64,000 bases of DNA, taken from NCBI GenBank assembly GCA_009914755.4, contig CP068257.2, forward strand, positions 20,512,001 to 20,576,000. Reading direction: 5' to 3'. Each line of letters starts with the position of its first letter. Position 1 is the stretch's first letter. This DNA is from the human T2T-CHM13v2.0 reference genome, Homo sapiens. Of this stretch, positions 37,791 through 50,948 are shown one piece after another. The position numbers and the translations under genes were made by a program. Below the pieces are notes generated by a model. That model worked only from the letters and a program-made list of their open reading frames with translations. It did no database searches and was not told the origin of the DNA.

Positions 37791-38476
37791 TTCATGTTTT
37801 TTAAAAGTTGATTTAAGTTTAATATCTATTACTAGGAAGCTTTATTAATTCGAAATTATACTCCCAACTCAATAAAATATTTTAAAGATTATCTGACAAT
37901 TAAAATGCTGTAACAATAGTATTATTTTTTATGAACTACAACTACAATATGTGAATGCCATTTTTGTTTTTCTCCTAAATGTCACTGAAAAAAAGGAGAA
38001 CATTTTTGCCTCAAAATGTATATTTATGTGTTCCTTCCCATAATAAAATAACACTTCAGAATAGCCAACTTTACCTTAAAGGTTTTGTTCTAACTCTGTA
38101 TGTGTGCAATAAATACATTATTAAGAATTTATTATATACTAGATAGAGAAAGAAACTGAAAGCCAGACAGACAGACAGAGGTTACAACCTTCCTTTGTAC
38201 TTGTGGAGCAGTCGGGGAAATGGTACAAAGAAAGTAAGAAGGAATTCAATAAAAAGAAGTCAATAGACTAAATTTTTCGACAGGAGTGAAGACATAATTT
38301 GTGTTTAAAGGTATTCCAAAAATACTGTGATGAACAACCATTGACCACTTTAAGGGAGAAGCATTTTCTAACACAGTGGTGACAGCCTCTAACAGTGCTT
38401 ACATAAATAGCATATGATAGACGGTAATTAAATGTAGAAAAGCTTACACAAAACCCAGCTTCACTCAATGATTTAC

Positions 38477-38905
38477 TGGATAAAGAAAACGTGGCACATA
38501 TACACCATGGAATATTATGTAGCCATTAAAAGGATGAGTTCATGTTCTTTGCAGGGACGTGGATGAAGCTGGAAGCCATCATTCTCAGCAAACTCAGCAA
38601 ACATATTCTCAGCAAACACAGGCACAGAAAACCAAAAACTTCATGTTCTCACTCATAAGTGGGAGTTGAACAATGAGAACACATGGACACAGGGAGGGGA
38701 ACATCACACACTGGGGCCTGTCCGGGGGGTGGGGGCAAGGAGAGGGAGAGCATTAGGACAAATACCTAATGCATGTGGGGCTTAAAACCTAGATGAGGGG
38801 TTGATGGGTGCAGCAAACCACCATGGCACATGTATACCTATGTAACAAATCTGCATGTTCTGCACATGTATCCCAGAGCTTAAAGTAAAATTTAAAAAAA
38901 AAAGA
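38477..38905 (+). mobile_element. 5'-truncated L1 3' end (L1PA/L1PB-type) with a poly-A tail
   Basis: ctggataaagaaaacgtggcacatatacaccatggaatattatgtagccattaaaaggatgagttcatgttctttgcagggacgtggatgaagctggaagccatcattctcagcaaact...ggggaacatcacacactggggcctgtc...cacatgtatcccagagcttaaagtaaaatttaaaaaaaaaag. Confidence 0.85.
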
Positions 38906-39448
38906 AAGAAAAATCTTCTTTGTCGGGGATTATCACTACATTTTTCACTGATTTGAGAGAAACATGCAGCTTTCTGTCTTTGAATGACTACAACTGTGGG
39001 AAATCATATTTATTTCCATCTTAAAAGTACATTCCTCGTGAACAGAGATATACCAAAGTCCTAAGAAGGCCTCAGTGACTAGTAGGTGTCATTTAAGTTT
39101 GCAGTAGGTGCACATGGAAGGCAAATCAATGATTTTTTTTTTTCTGTAAGGTTTAAGCAGATAAAGAAGAACTTTTGCAAAATGTCACTTGAAACTCAAA
39201 ATAAAATAGAAACTTATAGACGGTTCTCAAGACAGTGAGAGCAATGAAATAGTTTCTCCTTAAATCTCAAACAGTGTTTATTAACTATAAAAATAGAACA
39301 GTCAAAAGTCAGAACATTGTAAGATCTTTTCACAAACTTGTTTTTTCTCTCTACGTACACAAGCTTTACTTGCTAAGCAGGAAACTATGGAATTGTTTTT
39401 CCTTGTAAGTAAAAAAGTTAAATAGTTTTTTACCTCAGAAATAACTTG

Positions 39449-39798
<350 letters not shown>

Positions 39799-41605
39799 TC
39801 ATTTATTTCTTTATATGGAATTTAGGATTTTAGCATCTAATATATACAATGTTCTTTTCAAGGCACCACAAGGCTATAGTTTTTGATACGTTTGACAAAT
39901 CTTATGCCCTCATTGAAGATATACTCTAGTAATAATATAATAATAGATATAATAAGCAGTGATATGATATATACATAATAAAAGTAACTAAGATTATATT
40001 CGTATTCATCTTTATTTTCATTTTAGTAACTACTTTGTATAGGTTGTATAAACATACATTATGTATTGTTATGAATGAGTAACTTTGTAGCCTTGGTTAA
40101 TGTTGAGTGATTTTAATATGGTAAGTATGGGAGTATTTTGAAAAAAAGTAGTAATTGCTAGACAAATATTTTAACTGCTATTATATTTTAAAAACACAGT
40201 TGCACTGAAATATACTGTCATTATTCAATTTAATTGAGTGCATTTTAGGACCAGGTGCTTGCTTACCCTCCCATTTAATTGGGTACTTGTTTTTTCCACC
40301 TTAAAGATTTTTCTTCAAGTGCGTTGCCACGTAACCAATGTATTTTCAACTTATAGTCAGTTCTTGATTACCTCCTGGGATTACTCCATTATGGATTACC
40401 TGTAACAAACTTTGCTTTTCAGAACTTATTGACATCGCTATCTTCTACACTTCTAATTAAGTCATTTCCTGACATTCAGGCTGTTTCCCCAACTAGTAAA
40501 GTCTGTTTTAAAAGTCAAACTAGTTTCTGACTGCATTTATACATTGTAAATTTCAGGCAACCATCATAGTTGAATAAGTTTTTCAATTTAAGTATTCAAA
40601 ATTTTCAAGGTATTAGGGAATATTTTCTTCTATCCAGGAAAGTAAATCCAATAAATCAAAATGTTTAATGGCCATATTCAAATCTAAGTCATTACAAACC
40701 AGAAATATGACAATTACTGAGAGACATAAGGTCATAAAAGATGTATAGTTTTTCCTCATATTGTTATGCTTGAAGAATGTGAGTGGGTTGCAAGGGTACA
40801 GGGATCCATTCTTTGATCCTTCTCTCAAAGCATCTTTTCCACCGATTAGCTGATTTTTAAAATTAAATTTTAAAGAAACGTTTCCTAATTATGCATAGCA
40901 TTTTAATGCAAATTACTAATATCAGAAATGAGTATTTCTGAGATCAGTAAATATTTAGGCAAAATTCTAAGCCTTTGTATGTGGCACTCTTGAGAGGGAA
41001 GTAAGACACACATTCTCTCTCTCTGTTTTCATTAACTCATCTTCGAGGGTCAAGTCCTGTGGGGACAAATGAGTCCGTGACATTTTTCATAGTCACTTGC
41101 TCACCTGATGCTAACCTCACCCTCTTCACTGCTGAAATGCTATTTTTGTAATCCTACTCACAGCTCCGTGCCTTATTTCTTAGCATCTCTGGAATTGCCT
41201 ATATTTGCTCATGTACAAATCCTACAACATTGTTTCACACAGACCTTACAATTGCATATTGATTATGCCTTTTCATGTTGTTTCTACATGTGCTGCCTTT
41301 TGTTAGAGGAATCTTTCTCTTCCTAAAGTGTTCTACACCCAATACTCTCAAAGTAGTAAGACCCAAAAACTAAACAGTGCTGTATTCCTATGAGTATTCA
41401 CTGAACTGGGGCTGCGTGGAAATACATCCACATATAAGTCAAGTGGCCCTCTCCTATAGATTCAATTAGACTCTTAAAGTCCATAAGAACAACATCTATA
41501 GTTTAAATTTAGGTAAGTAGATGCCCTGCCAAAAATACTTAGGTAATTATATATTATATAAGTCACATAAATGTAACATAATATAAAATATGTATTTTAT
41601 TATTC

Positions 41606-41955
41606 TATATATGCATAACTACAGAGACACAAGCATTCATACACATACACATGTATACACATAAATACATGAGTATAATTACATATACATGTGTATGTAA
41701 TTATGTATGTATAATCACATATACATGTGTATGTAATTATGTATGTATAATCACATAAACACAAGTATGCATATGTAACTATGTATATTATATGCATAAT
41801 TACATATGCCCATGTATGTGTATGCAATTATGTATATTATGTATGTATAATTACATATACACATATGTGTAATTATACACATATATGTATTTATGTGTAT
41901 ACATGTGTATGTGTATGAATGCTTGTGTCTCTATGTAGTTATGCACATATAGCAT
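41606..41955. repeat. Near-perfect AT-rich palindrome (inverted repeat), ~350 bp, centred near 41783, with an internal 39-bp tandem duplication (41683-41760)
   Basis: The left arm ctatatatgcataactacagagacacaagcattcatacacatacacatgtatacacataaatac (41606-41672) is the reverse complement of the right arm gtatttatgtgtatacatgtgtatgtgtatgaatgcttgtgtctctatgtagttatgcacatatag (41888-41955), apart from 2 mismatches and a 2-bp indel. The inner arms (ataattacatatacatgtgtatgtaatta vs its reverse complement) and the centre (gcatatgtaactatgtatattatatgcataattacatatgc) are also self-complementary. Confidence 0.85.
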
Positions 41956-42902
41956 AATGTAATAAATACATATTTATATATATGCACTTCCAGTTCTAGC
42001 TGTCTTGCTTAAAATTTCTTCCTCCATTTACCTCTTTCCTCTGTCCCTTTACTGTAAGTACCAAGAAAAAAATGAGCTGCATCTTCAACACTTGCTTGAA
42101 AATTTCCTCCAGTAAATATCCAAATTTATTGCTTACAAATTCTGCTTTCTATATATCTGTAGGTTGCACATTTGATTCTATCACAAGCAGGATATCAAGA
42201 GTTATAAATAGTAGGCATTTGACTTAAGAGCTAGAAAGAAAGCTAGGAAAAGTTCAAGTTTCTAAGTCATCACTTATGGATAAAGTACATAAAGCAATTC
42301 CATTGAAATGAATTCCCTCAACACTAAAATAAATGTTGCAAAAAATTATCCTCACAAAATATATTTTTTGTAACACTCTCCATTCTTCTAAATAATTATC
42401 TAAACTTTTCTTGTCTTTGCTTATTATTGACATTTTCAACTCTTTGTTAGACTGTAAATATTTAAATATTTATTTACACTTTTTCTAGGAATGCTGTAAA
42501 TATGCATCATGTCAATCAGTAGATAAACAAAATAGAAGAAAAGAATGTGATCTGTCTATATCACTTAAATATGAGATACTTCACATCATTATCTTAGGTT
42601 TTCACATATGTGTACCTTTTAAGGAGAATTAAATAATTTTGGCATGAATAAAATATGAGTAGTGAACTGTATACCCAGTCTAAATAGTTGAAAATTCAAC
42701 ACAAACTATGTTGAGTAATATTGAAAATTGCATAAAAATGTCTTTGGTAGACTTTTAGTTTATCTATTAGTATCTATCCACGTATCATTTATCTGCCTAT
42801 CTTTCTATGATGTATCTATCTATGTATTTTTGTATCCCTGTATTATAAGTACATATAAGCTTACTAAAAGGATCTGAGCAACACAACTGGGGATATTTCT
42901 AG

Positions 42903-43606
<704 letters not shown>

Positions 43607-44925
43607 CTGTCATTCAATCTTCTTATACTACAGTTTCCTCTTCCAAAAGCAGGGCAAATACCTACCTAATAGAATTATTTCAAATGTCATGTATTAAATA
43701 CACAATGGTGTTCTTTTTTTTTCCTTGCTCTCTGCATATACCTCCTGATTAGTTCTGTTTCCCTAATCCTTCAAACTTACCATCAAAGCATAAAAAAAAT
43801 TGTAGCAAGGTATTTTTAACTATAAAACAAAAGGTTCATTGCCCTTTGTGTTCGATTAATTTATTTATTCATCGAAGACATACTTTAGTAAACATATGTA
43901 TATGCCACCGTTATAGGTACTAGAAAAAAATAGTTTTAAACAAGAAAGACAAGCTATTTTTTTCTAACAGAGTTTACTGACTAGAGGAGAATATGGATAA
44001 TAAATAGACTATGAAATGAATTTAATTACAGCGGTAAGTACTCTAAATAAATCAAAGCATGGTAATGAGATAGAGAATCATTGAAGTCTATTTATATGGT
44101 ACTTAGGAGGGGTATTTTCAATTAATTCCTATTAAGACAGAGACCTGAATAAGTGGAGAGACAATTATGTGAATATTTGGGGAATAATTACCTAGGAAGA
44201 AAAAAAGTTGAGAAAGCCAAAATAGCATTGATATAGTTGTATTACATCAGATCGGTATGATTATAGAAATAAAAGTTTAATAACAGAGGAACTTGATAGA
44301 AAACGAAGCTGAGGAAACACATACAGATGGAATCCCGGAAGGCCTCATGTGAATTATGGTAAGAATTTTAAATTGTATTTAATATTTAAGGTGCTAGAGT
44401 ATTGAGACCAAATGACAAAAAAAAAATGAATTGTGTTTTTAAAAGAATTTTCACTGCTATGTGGAGAATGTAGAGAAAGAAGAGTAGAATCATGAAGACC
44501 ACTTTGAATCTTTTGCCATGGAATGCATTACATTTGTTTACGGGTGGATGAGAAAATAGACACATTTTCCCCCAAAATAAGTCACTTCACTATCATCAAG
44601 CTGATAAGAACATTTTCATTAAAAATAGAAAGAAAAATATGGTCTCTCTCCACACTTAATGACTTCCCTTTATTTGAAAAAATACAGCATAAAAGTCTTT
44701 GGGCATAGTGCTATAAAATGAATAATTATGGATAAAAGATTCAAGAATTATGGACATATTTCTATCCCAAAAGATAAAGGTTTTGCTAAGTTGATGGCAC
44801 TACCGGCTATTACCCTTTGCTCTTTCCTTATCTATACACTTTCAAGTGTAACCTTACAGTGCGGTCTATAACGGGCAAGGCTTTCTGCACTGCCCCTTGA
44901 TTCTGAGCTCAGTCACTTGATTAAC

Positions 44926-45355
44926 TTTTTTTTCTTATAAATGTAAGGGTATAAGTGCAGTTCAATTACATGGATATATTGCATAGTGGTGAAGTCTGGG
45001 CTTTTAGTGTAACCATCACCCAAATAATGTGCATAGTACCCATTAAGTAATTTTTTCTCCCTCACACCCCTCCAACGCTGTCAACATTCTGAATCTCCGG
45101 TGTCTATTATTCCACATGCTATGACCATGCGTACATATTACTTAACTCCCGCTTATAAATGAGAACATACAGTATTTGGCTTTGTGTTTCTGAGTTGTTT
45201 CTCTAAGACAGTGGTCATCAATTCCATCCACGTTACTACAAAAGACATAATTTTATAATTTTTATGGGTAAATCGTACTCCATCTATGTTGCTGCAAAAG
45301 ACATTATTTTATGGGTAAAGAGTATTTCATTGTTATATCACATTCACCTTGAAAT
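44926..45355 (-). mobile_element. L1 3' end (ORF2 C-terminus plus 3'UTR), antisense, with a ~35-bp internal tandem duplication
   Basis: ttttttttcttataaatgtaagggtataagtgcagttcaattacatgg...gctatgaccatgcgtacatattacttaactcccgcttataaatgagaacatacagtatttggctttgtgtttctgagttg...ccatccacgttactacaaaagacataattttat / ccatctatgttgctgcaaaagacattattttatgggtaaagagtatttcattg is the reverse complement of the L1 3' end, with the gctgcaaaggacatgatttcattcttttttatggctgag segment present twice. Confidence 0.75.
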
Positions 45356-46187
45356 GTTAGCAAGCATGACAAAGAGACAAAGAAGAATACTTTAGTATTT
45401 CAGGTACTGCACTTTTCCTCTGCTATCAACATGAGGAGGACATGCCTAGGCTAGTCCAGGGTAAAAGTATTAGAAATATATGGGCCAGAGTAATGAGGCA
45501 TTAGATTTCTTCACCAAAACTATCATAGATCAACACAAATCTAACCAACACCCAACAAGCAGATACTCATAGCCAACCTAGCTTATATCAGGTAAAGCAC
45601 TCAAATTCCTGAGCTAATACTAATGTCAATCAGGTTGTGCGATTGTAATGCAACATAATGGTCACAATATGTAACTGATACAATAGCGCAGAGAAGTGAA
45701 TAAAATAACTATATAAGAAACTTTTCTGAAAGGACATTAATCCATTTTGAGGCTTGAGTCTCAGCATTTGGAAGTCTTCGGTATTAAAAATATCTTAATC
45801 ATCATAGGCTTATGGATTAAAATAGCAAAGAGGATTACTTTCCTATTTCCCATTTGGAACCCTAGAGAAAGTTTCACAAAATGTGAGAGGTCTAAGTGAT
45901 GCAAAGGGGTTGGAAATTGCAGGACAGAAAATCCTCCAAGTTTGTTAACATTTCTCATTCTATACACACCCTACTCTTCCCCCTCCATGACTGTCACTAC
46001 CCTTCTGTTTTGTTTTTACAGGACCTGGGATGGAATTCTGAAATTATTGTGAGCCCCACTTCAAATCCACACCCCCTCCAAAACAATACATGAGAGATAC
46101 CTTGTAGTATTGATACAGTGAGTTACCTGAAGGTCTGTAGAAGTTTGCGTGGGGCTGAGAACAGAATGTAATCTTAAAAGGAGATTC

Positions 46188-46593
<406 letters not shown>

Positions 46594-46599
46594 CTAAGT

Positions 46600-46745
46600 A
46601 TTTACCACTTAATAGACAAAATCTAGTTCTTGTTTATTCGACATGTATTTACTGATCAGCTGGTATGTGCCAAATATTGGTCTAGACTCTGGGGATGCAG
46701 CAAATAATTTTAAAAAGAGACAAAAGGTGAGACTGAGTAAATCTG
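46600..46745 (-). repeat. MIR/CORE-SINE-like ancient repeat segment, copy A of a locally duplicated ~150-bp block
   Basis: tgtttattcgacatgtatttactgatcagctggtatgtgccaaatattggtctagactctggggatgcagcaaataattttaaaaagagacaaaa resembles the reverse complement of the MIR 3' region (catttattgagcgcctactatgtgccaggcactg...). About 85-90% identical to 47720-47850, including the left flank. Confidence 0.45.
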
Positions 46746-47719
46746 AGTTACTGAAATAAATCAGAAGTGATTGTTAATTTACATGAATTTCATTAGGTAT
46801 GATGCTTGTTTTCTGGATACTGAGTGTGAATGGTAAATTATGAGAAAGTTAAACAGTTATGGAGAAAAATAGTTAATTTCTACATATTTGAGTTAACGCT
46901 CCAGAACTGAAACCAATGTCAAGAATAAATGGTATATTTGATCTCTGATGAATATTTTTATATTAGCATGTTTATGAAGATATTTGGATTGGAAAGTAAC
47001 TCAAGAAAAACAGCATGAATTTTCAGAATAAGTGAACATTGCCTAATAACAGAACATATCATTTGATATAACTATCCTTATTTATTTATGTATTTATTTT
47101 CTTTGCTGTAATGGAAAAACAAAAATTAGCAACTTAATTCAGGAAAGTACTGAGTATTTGTTTCTTTCTTATTATCTGTGAATGATAGTCTGAAATGTCA
47201 AAAGTGGTAATTATATGCAAAATAATATGACATAACTTTATAAACATTTAAAATGCATTAAAGTCCATTAAAATTATGCTTTGGTTTCTGAAAGTACAAA
47301 ATGTCTTTCCTAGAAATACTTGTATGTTGGACCTGGCAGAACTACAATTCTTTCACATTTTAAATAACAACAATGTAAAACGAGGCTGCAGCTGTCTCAG
47401 AGGAACCCTCAATCAATTGTTTTTCTGCTTTTCCAGACTCTCATTTATGTAACTGAAACAGATATTGCCAACAGAGCAACTCCAAGAAAACATTACAAAC
47501 CATTAAACAATAAGGGTTTCTGACCTGTTATTTTCTTCCACTAAGGGGAATATAAGGATTGAGAATAAACTGAAGAAGTCAAATAGCCAGATTCATTCAA
47601 AACAGAGCATGAAAAAAAAAATCAGAGCAAATTGGAACGTAAAGCTGTATCTCTAGCAGCTTCAGATCAACAAATACATAAACTTTTCATACAGTAACCT
47701 AAATAGTGGATTGACTAAG

Positions 47720-47850
47720 GCATAAATAGATAATCTAGGACTTGTTTATTCAATGTGTATTTACTGATCACTTGTATGTGCAAAGTATTGATCTAGATTC
47801 TGGGGATGCAGCAAATAATTTTTTAAAAGAGACAAAATTTTACTCTTTTG
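47720..47850 (-). repeat. Copy B of the same block
   Basis: gacttgtttattcaatgtgtatttactgatcacttgtatgtgcaaagtattgatctagattctggggatgcagcaaataattttttaaaagagacaaaa shares the same idiosyncratic differences from the MIR consensus as copy A. Confidence 0.45.
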
Positions 47851-48360
47851 GATGTGACAAGATAGTATTTTCTTTCTTCATTTTTTCCTTTTATTCATTT
47901 ATTCAACAAATATGTAATGAAGACCAATGATGAGGTGATAGTATGACGGTTCCTAAATCCACTTTGATGAATAGACAGGTTGATTTTCTGCCCTCATAAC
48001 GCTGGAAGCATAGTGCATTTGCATGCCTCTAGAGTTGTAAAAAATAAGTGACTTGACTTTCCTTTCTAAAAATATTTATCTAAACTTTGAATTCGGAATG
48101 GTAAAATATGGGAAGTAAATTTAATTAATGGATCTAAAGTCTTTAATTGTGTTAAGTACCATGGGTGTTGCGAAGTTGAAATTCTATTAGTCTCCACTCT
48201 TTAGCAACCCTTTGATATATCCAACATTTTAACATCTGTTTTAAACTAATGATCTCTATTGAACTGTTACTGACTCTTGGTGCAAAAATGATTGCGGGTT
48301 TTGCCATTACTTTTAATGGCAAAGCCAATAAAACAATATTGTTTGTATTTAAATAATAAA

Positions 48361-48546
48361 TTACGATTTTTGTTTTTAAAGTTATAAAAGGCATATTCAT
48401 AGTCAACATAGTACAAATTCCTGCTTTGTGGACAGTGAAGGTATTTCATTATGATGCAATATGATTTTGTATTTAAAGTTTTAAGGGGCACATTCATAGT
48501 TAACATAGTTTAAATCCCTGCTTTGTGGACAGTGAAGGTATTTCTG
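48361..48546. repeat. Local tandem duplication, 2 copies of a ~90-95 bp unit
   Basis: aaagttataaaaggcatattcatagtcaacatagtacaaattcctgctttgtggacagtgaaggtatttc is immediately followed by aaagttttaaggggcacattcatagttaacatagtttaaatccctgctttgtggacagtgaaggtatttc. This also explains the two similar minus-strand ORFs (MLTMN...). Confidence 0.9.
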
Positions 48547-49523
48547 TTGATGAGATCTCTCTGGCTCAACTATCCACTTAATTATATCCAGCTGGGCAGA
48601 CTCAACTGCCAAGGCACAAAGAAACTCATTTGGTAAGTGAACCCTGGCCGAGATAGAAAAAAGAACTTCTTGGTTCTCATTTTCCCCACCCTATGCATGA
48701 ATAGTTGACCAACGTCTATATAGAGTCTTCAAAATTATTGCAGCTATCATTTCACAAATTGCTCTTTTCCTGACAGCAAAGACTCACTCAGTTTTCTGAA
48801 ATTTTGAAGAGACTCTTTATGGGAATACAAATGGTGGTTGTCAGAGAAAAAAAAAAGCGTGCTTTTTCATCAATCTGACTCAATAGAAAATGAAGTCTAC
48901 CGTAAAGTTGTGCTTCTGTCATTCAAGGTCAAGAAACAGTTAAGTAACATCACTCAAAGGATTCTGAAGCTAGTCGTCCCTATTCTTGTTCCAGAATCTA
49001 TGAGATTGCTTCTTCCTTTTTATGCCCTTTACCAAGGGGGAGTAAAGGAATTTTATAAGAGGGAGATTTTATTGCATAATAGAAGAAAATATATTTTTAT
49101 GCCAGAGTGTTTCTATCCCTAATGTGGTCCCCAGGTTTCATTTACCTTCGACTCCACTTGATTTTACTCTGTACTTTCTTACACTATGCTCTGTGCTCTG
49201 GAACCCTGGATTTCATATTCTATATGGGTTATTGTATCCTCTGGCTTCTGGTTAGATACAGCTGTGGGAGTGAAAATTAGGGCATTAGCAGAAGAAGCCA
49301 TGGAGGGTGGGTATTCGGTGCTGGCTACATTTAAGACAGGCAAGAGGTAGAGTGTCTGGATTTCTCCATGGAAGCCACAGTGCCTTTGGGGAAGTTATCT
49401 TTTACTATCATTTTCTCTTCTCAAGTTCAGGCTGAGAAGGACTTTCCCTATATGAGACTGCAGCGCTATCTGAACTGTTAGTATTTCTAGGCTGGAAAGA
49501 GCCAAGGAAGCAAAAAAATGCAG

Positions 49524-49807
49524 AAAGGTATATTAGTCTGTTCTCACACTGCTATAAAGAACTACCTAAGACTGGGTCATTTATAAAGAAAAGAAGTTTA
49601 ATTGATTCATAGTTCCACAGGCTGTACAGGAGGCATGGCTGGAGAGGCCTCAGGAAACTTACAATCATGGCAGAAGGGTAAAGGAGAAACAAGCATGTCT
49701 TCACATGGTGGCAGGAGAGAGAGTGAAGGGCGGAAGTGACATACACTTTTTATGATCAGAATTATAATTCAACATAAGATTTGGGTGGGGACAAAGAGCC
49801 AAACAAT
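49524..49807 (-). mobile_element. THE1/MST-type MaLR solo LTR with an internal deletion, antisense
   Basis: tatattagtctgttctcacactgctataaagaactacctaagactgggtcatttataaagaaaagaagtttaattgattcatagttccacaggctgtacaggaggcatggctggagaggcctcaggaaacttacaatcatggcagaagg...aacataagatttgggtggggacaaagagccaaacaatatca is the reverse complement of a THE1-type LTR. Confidence 0.8.
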
Positions 49808-50433
49808 ATCAAAGGGAGATGATTATCTCTCGCCAGTCTCTCTCAGCTCCAGCAAAGAAGCACTTTGACTCCTCAGTTAGAGGGTGCTTTGGAAAAATTA
49901 TTGAATCTCTTGCACTGTGGGATGCCCTAAAACTCTGGTTCCAGCACCAACGACACACGCAACAGAAAGAGAAAGACCAGAATTTCAATTGCCTTGTAGA
50001 GCAAGGTACAATTTTTGAAAAATAAAATAGAAAAAAGTCTGAAAACATTAGTTAAATTATTTTCACTTAACATTTTCACAATATTTATGTTTCTAGAAGA
50101 TAAGCCTAATGAAAACTTTATTTTGTTTTCATTGTATTTATTAGTTATATTTTATTGTGGTAAGGCCACACATGATATCTATCTTCTTAACAAATTTTGA
50201 ATTGTACAGTACAGTATGGTTTACTGTAAGCACTATGCTGTAGAGAAGATCTCCAGAATTTTTTCATCTTCCTTAACTGAAACTTTATACCATTTGAAGA
50301 GCAACTAGTCATTTCTTTCTCCTCCCATACAGTGTAAATTGCCATTCTATTTTCTGCTTCTATGAATTTGACTATTTACATCATCTCGTAAAAGGTATCA
50401 TGCATAAAATACATATCTTCATAAAAGGTATCA

Positions 50434-50948
50434 TGCAGTTGCCGAGACCAGCTCGGTTGGGGAGACCCTAACCCAGTGGTGCCAGAGGAATTAAAGACAC
50501 ACACACAGAAATATAGAGGTGTGAAGTGGGAAATCTGGGGTCTCACAGCCTTCAGAGCTGATAGCCCCTAACAGAGATTTACCCACATATTTATTAACAG
50601 CAAACCAGTCATTAGCATTGTTTCTATAGATATTAAATTAACTAAAAGTATCCCTTATGGGAAACGAAGGGATGGGCCAAATTAAAGGAATAGGTTGAGC
50701 TAGTTAACTGCAGCAGGAGCATGTCCTTAAGGCACAGATTGCTCAACCTATTGTTTGTGGCTTAAGAATGCCTGTAAGTGGTTTTCCACCCTGGGCGGTG
50801 CAGGTGTTCTTTGCCCACATTGCGGTAAACCCACAACCTTCCAGCGTGGGCGTTAGGGCCATTATGAACATGCTACAGTGCTGCCGAGATTTTGTTCATG
50901 GCCAGTTTTGGGGCCAGTTTATGGCCAGATTTTGGGTGGCTTGCTCCC
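50434..50948 (-). mobile_element. ERV-LTR-like 515-bp insert (antisense; TGTTGGG...TCGGCA termini) within the old L1 3' end, flanked by long direct repeats
   Basis: The insert ttgccgagaccagctcggttggggagaccctaacccagtggtgccagaggaattaaagacacacacacagaaatatagaggtgtgaag...cattatgaacatgctacagtgctgccgagattttgttcatggccagttttggggccagtttatggccagattttgggtggcttgctcccaaca is GC-richer than its surroundings. Read in reverse complement it has TG...CA ends. It is flanked by atacatatcttcataaaaggtatcatgcag (50404-50433) and acatacatatctgcataaaagatatcatgcag (50949-50981). Confidence 0.5.

Noticed and set aside
41600-41827. 75-aa minus-strand ORF rich in C, Y, T and I
   Set aside because: It is a translation of the TG/TA-rich palindromic low-complexity DNA, with a periodic amino-acid pattern that mirrors the DNA repeats.
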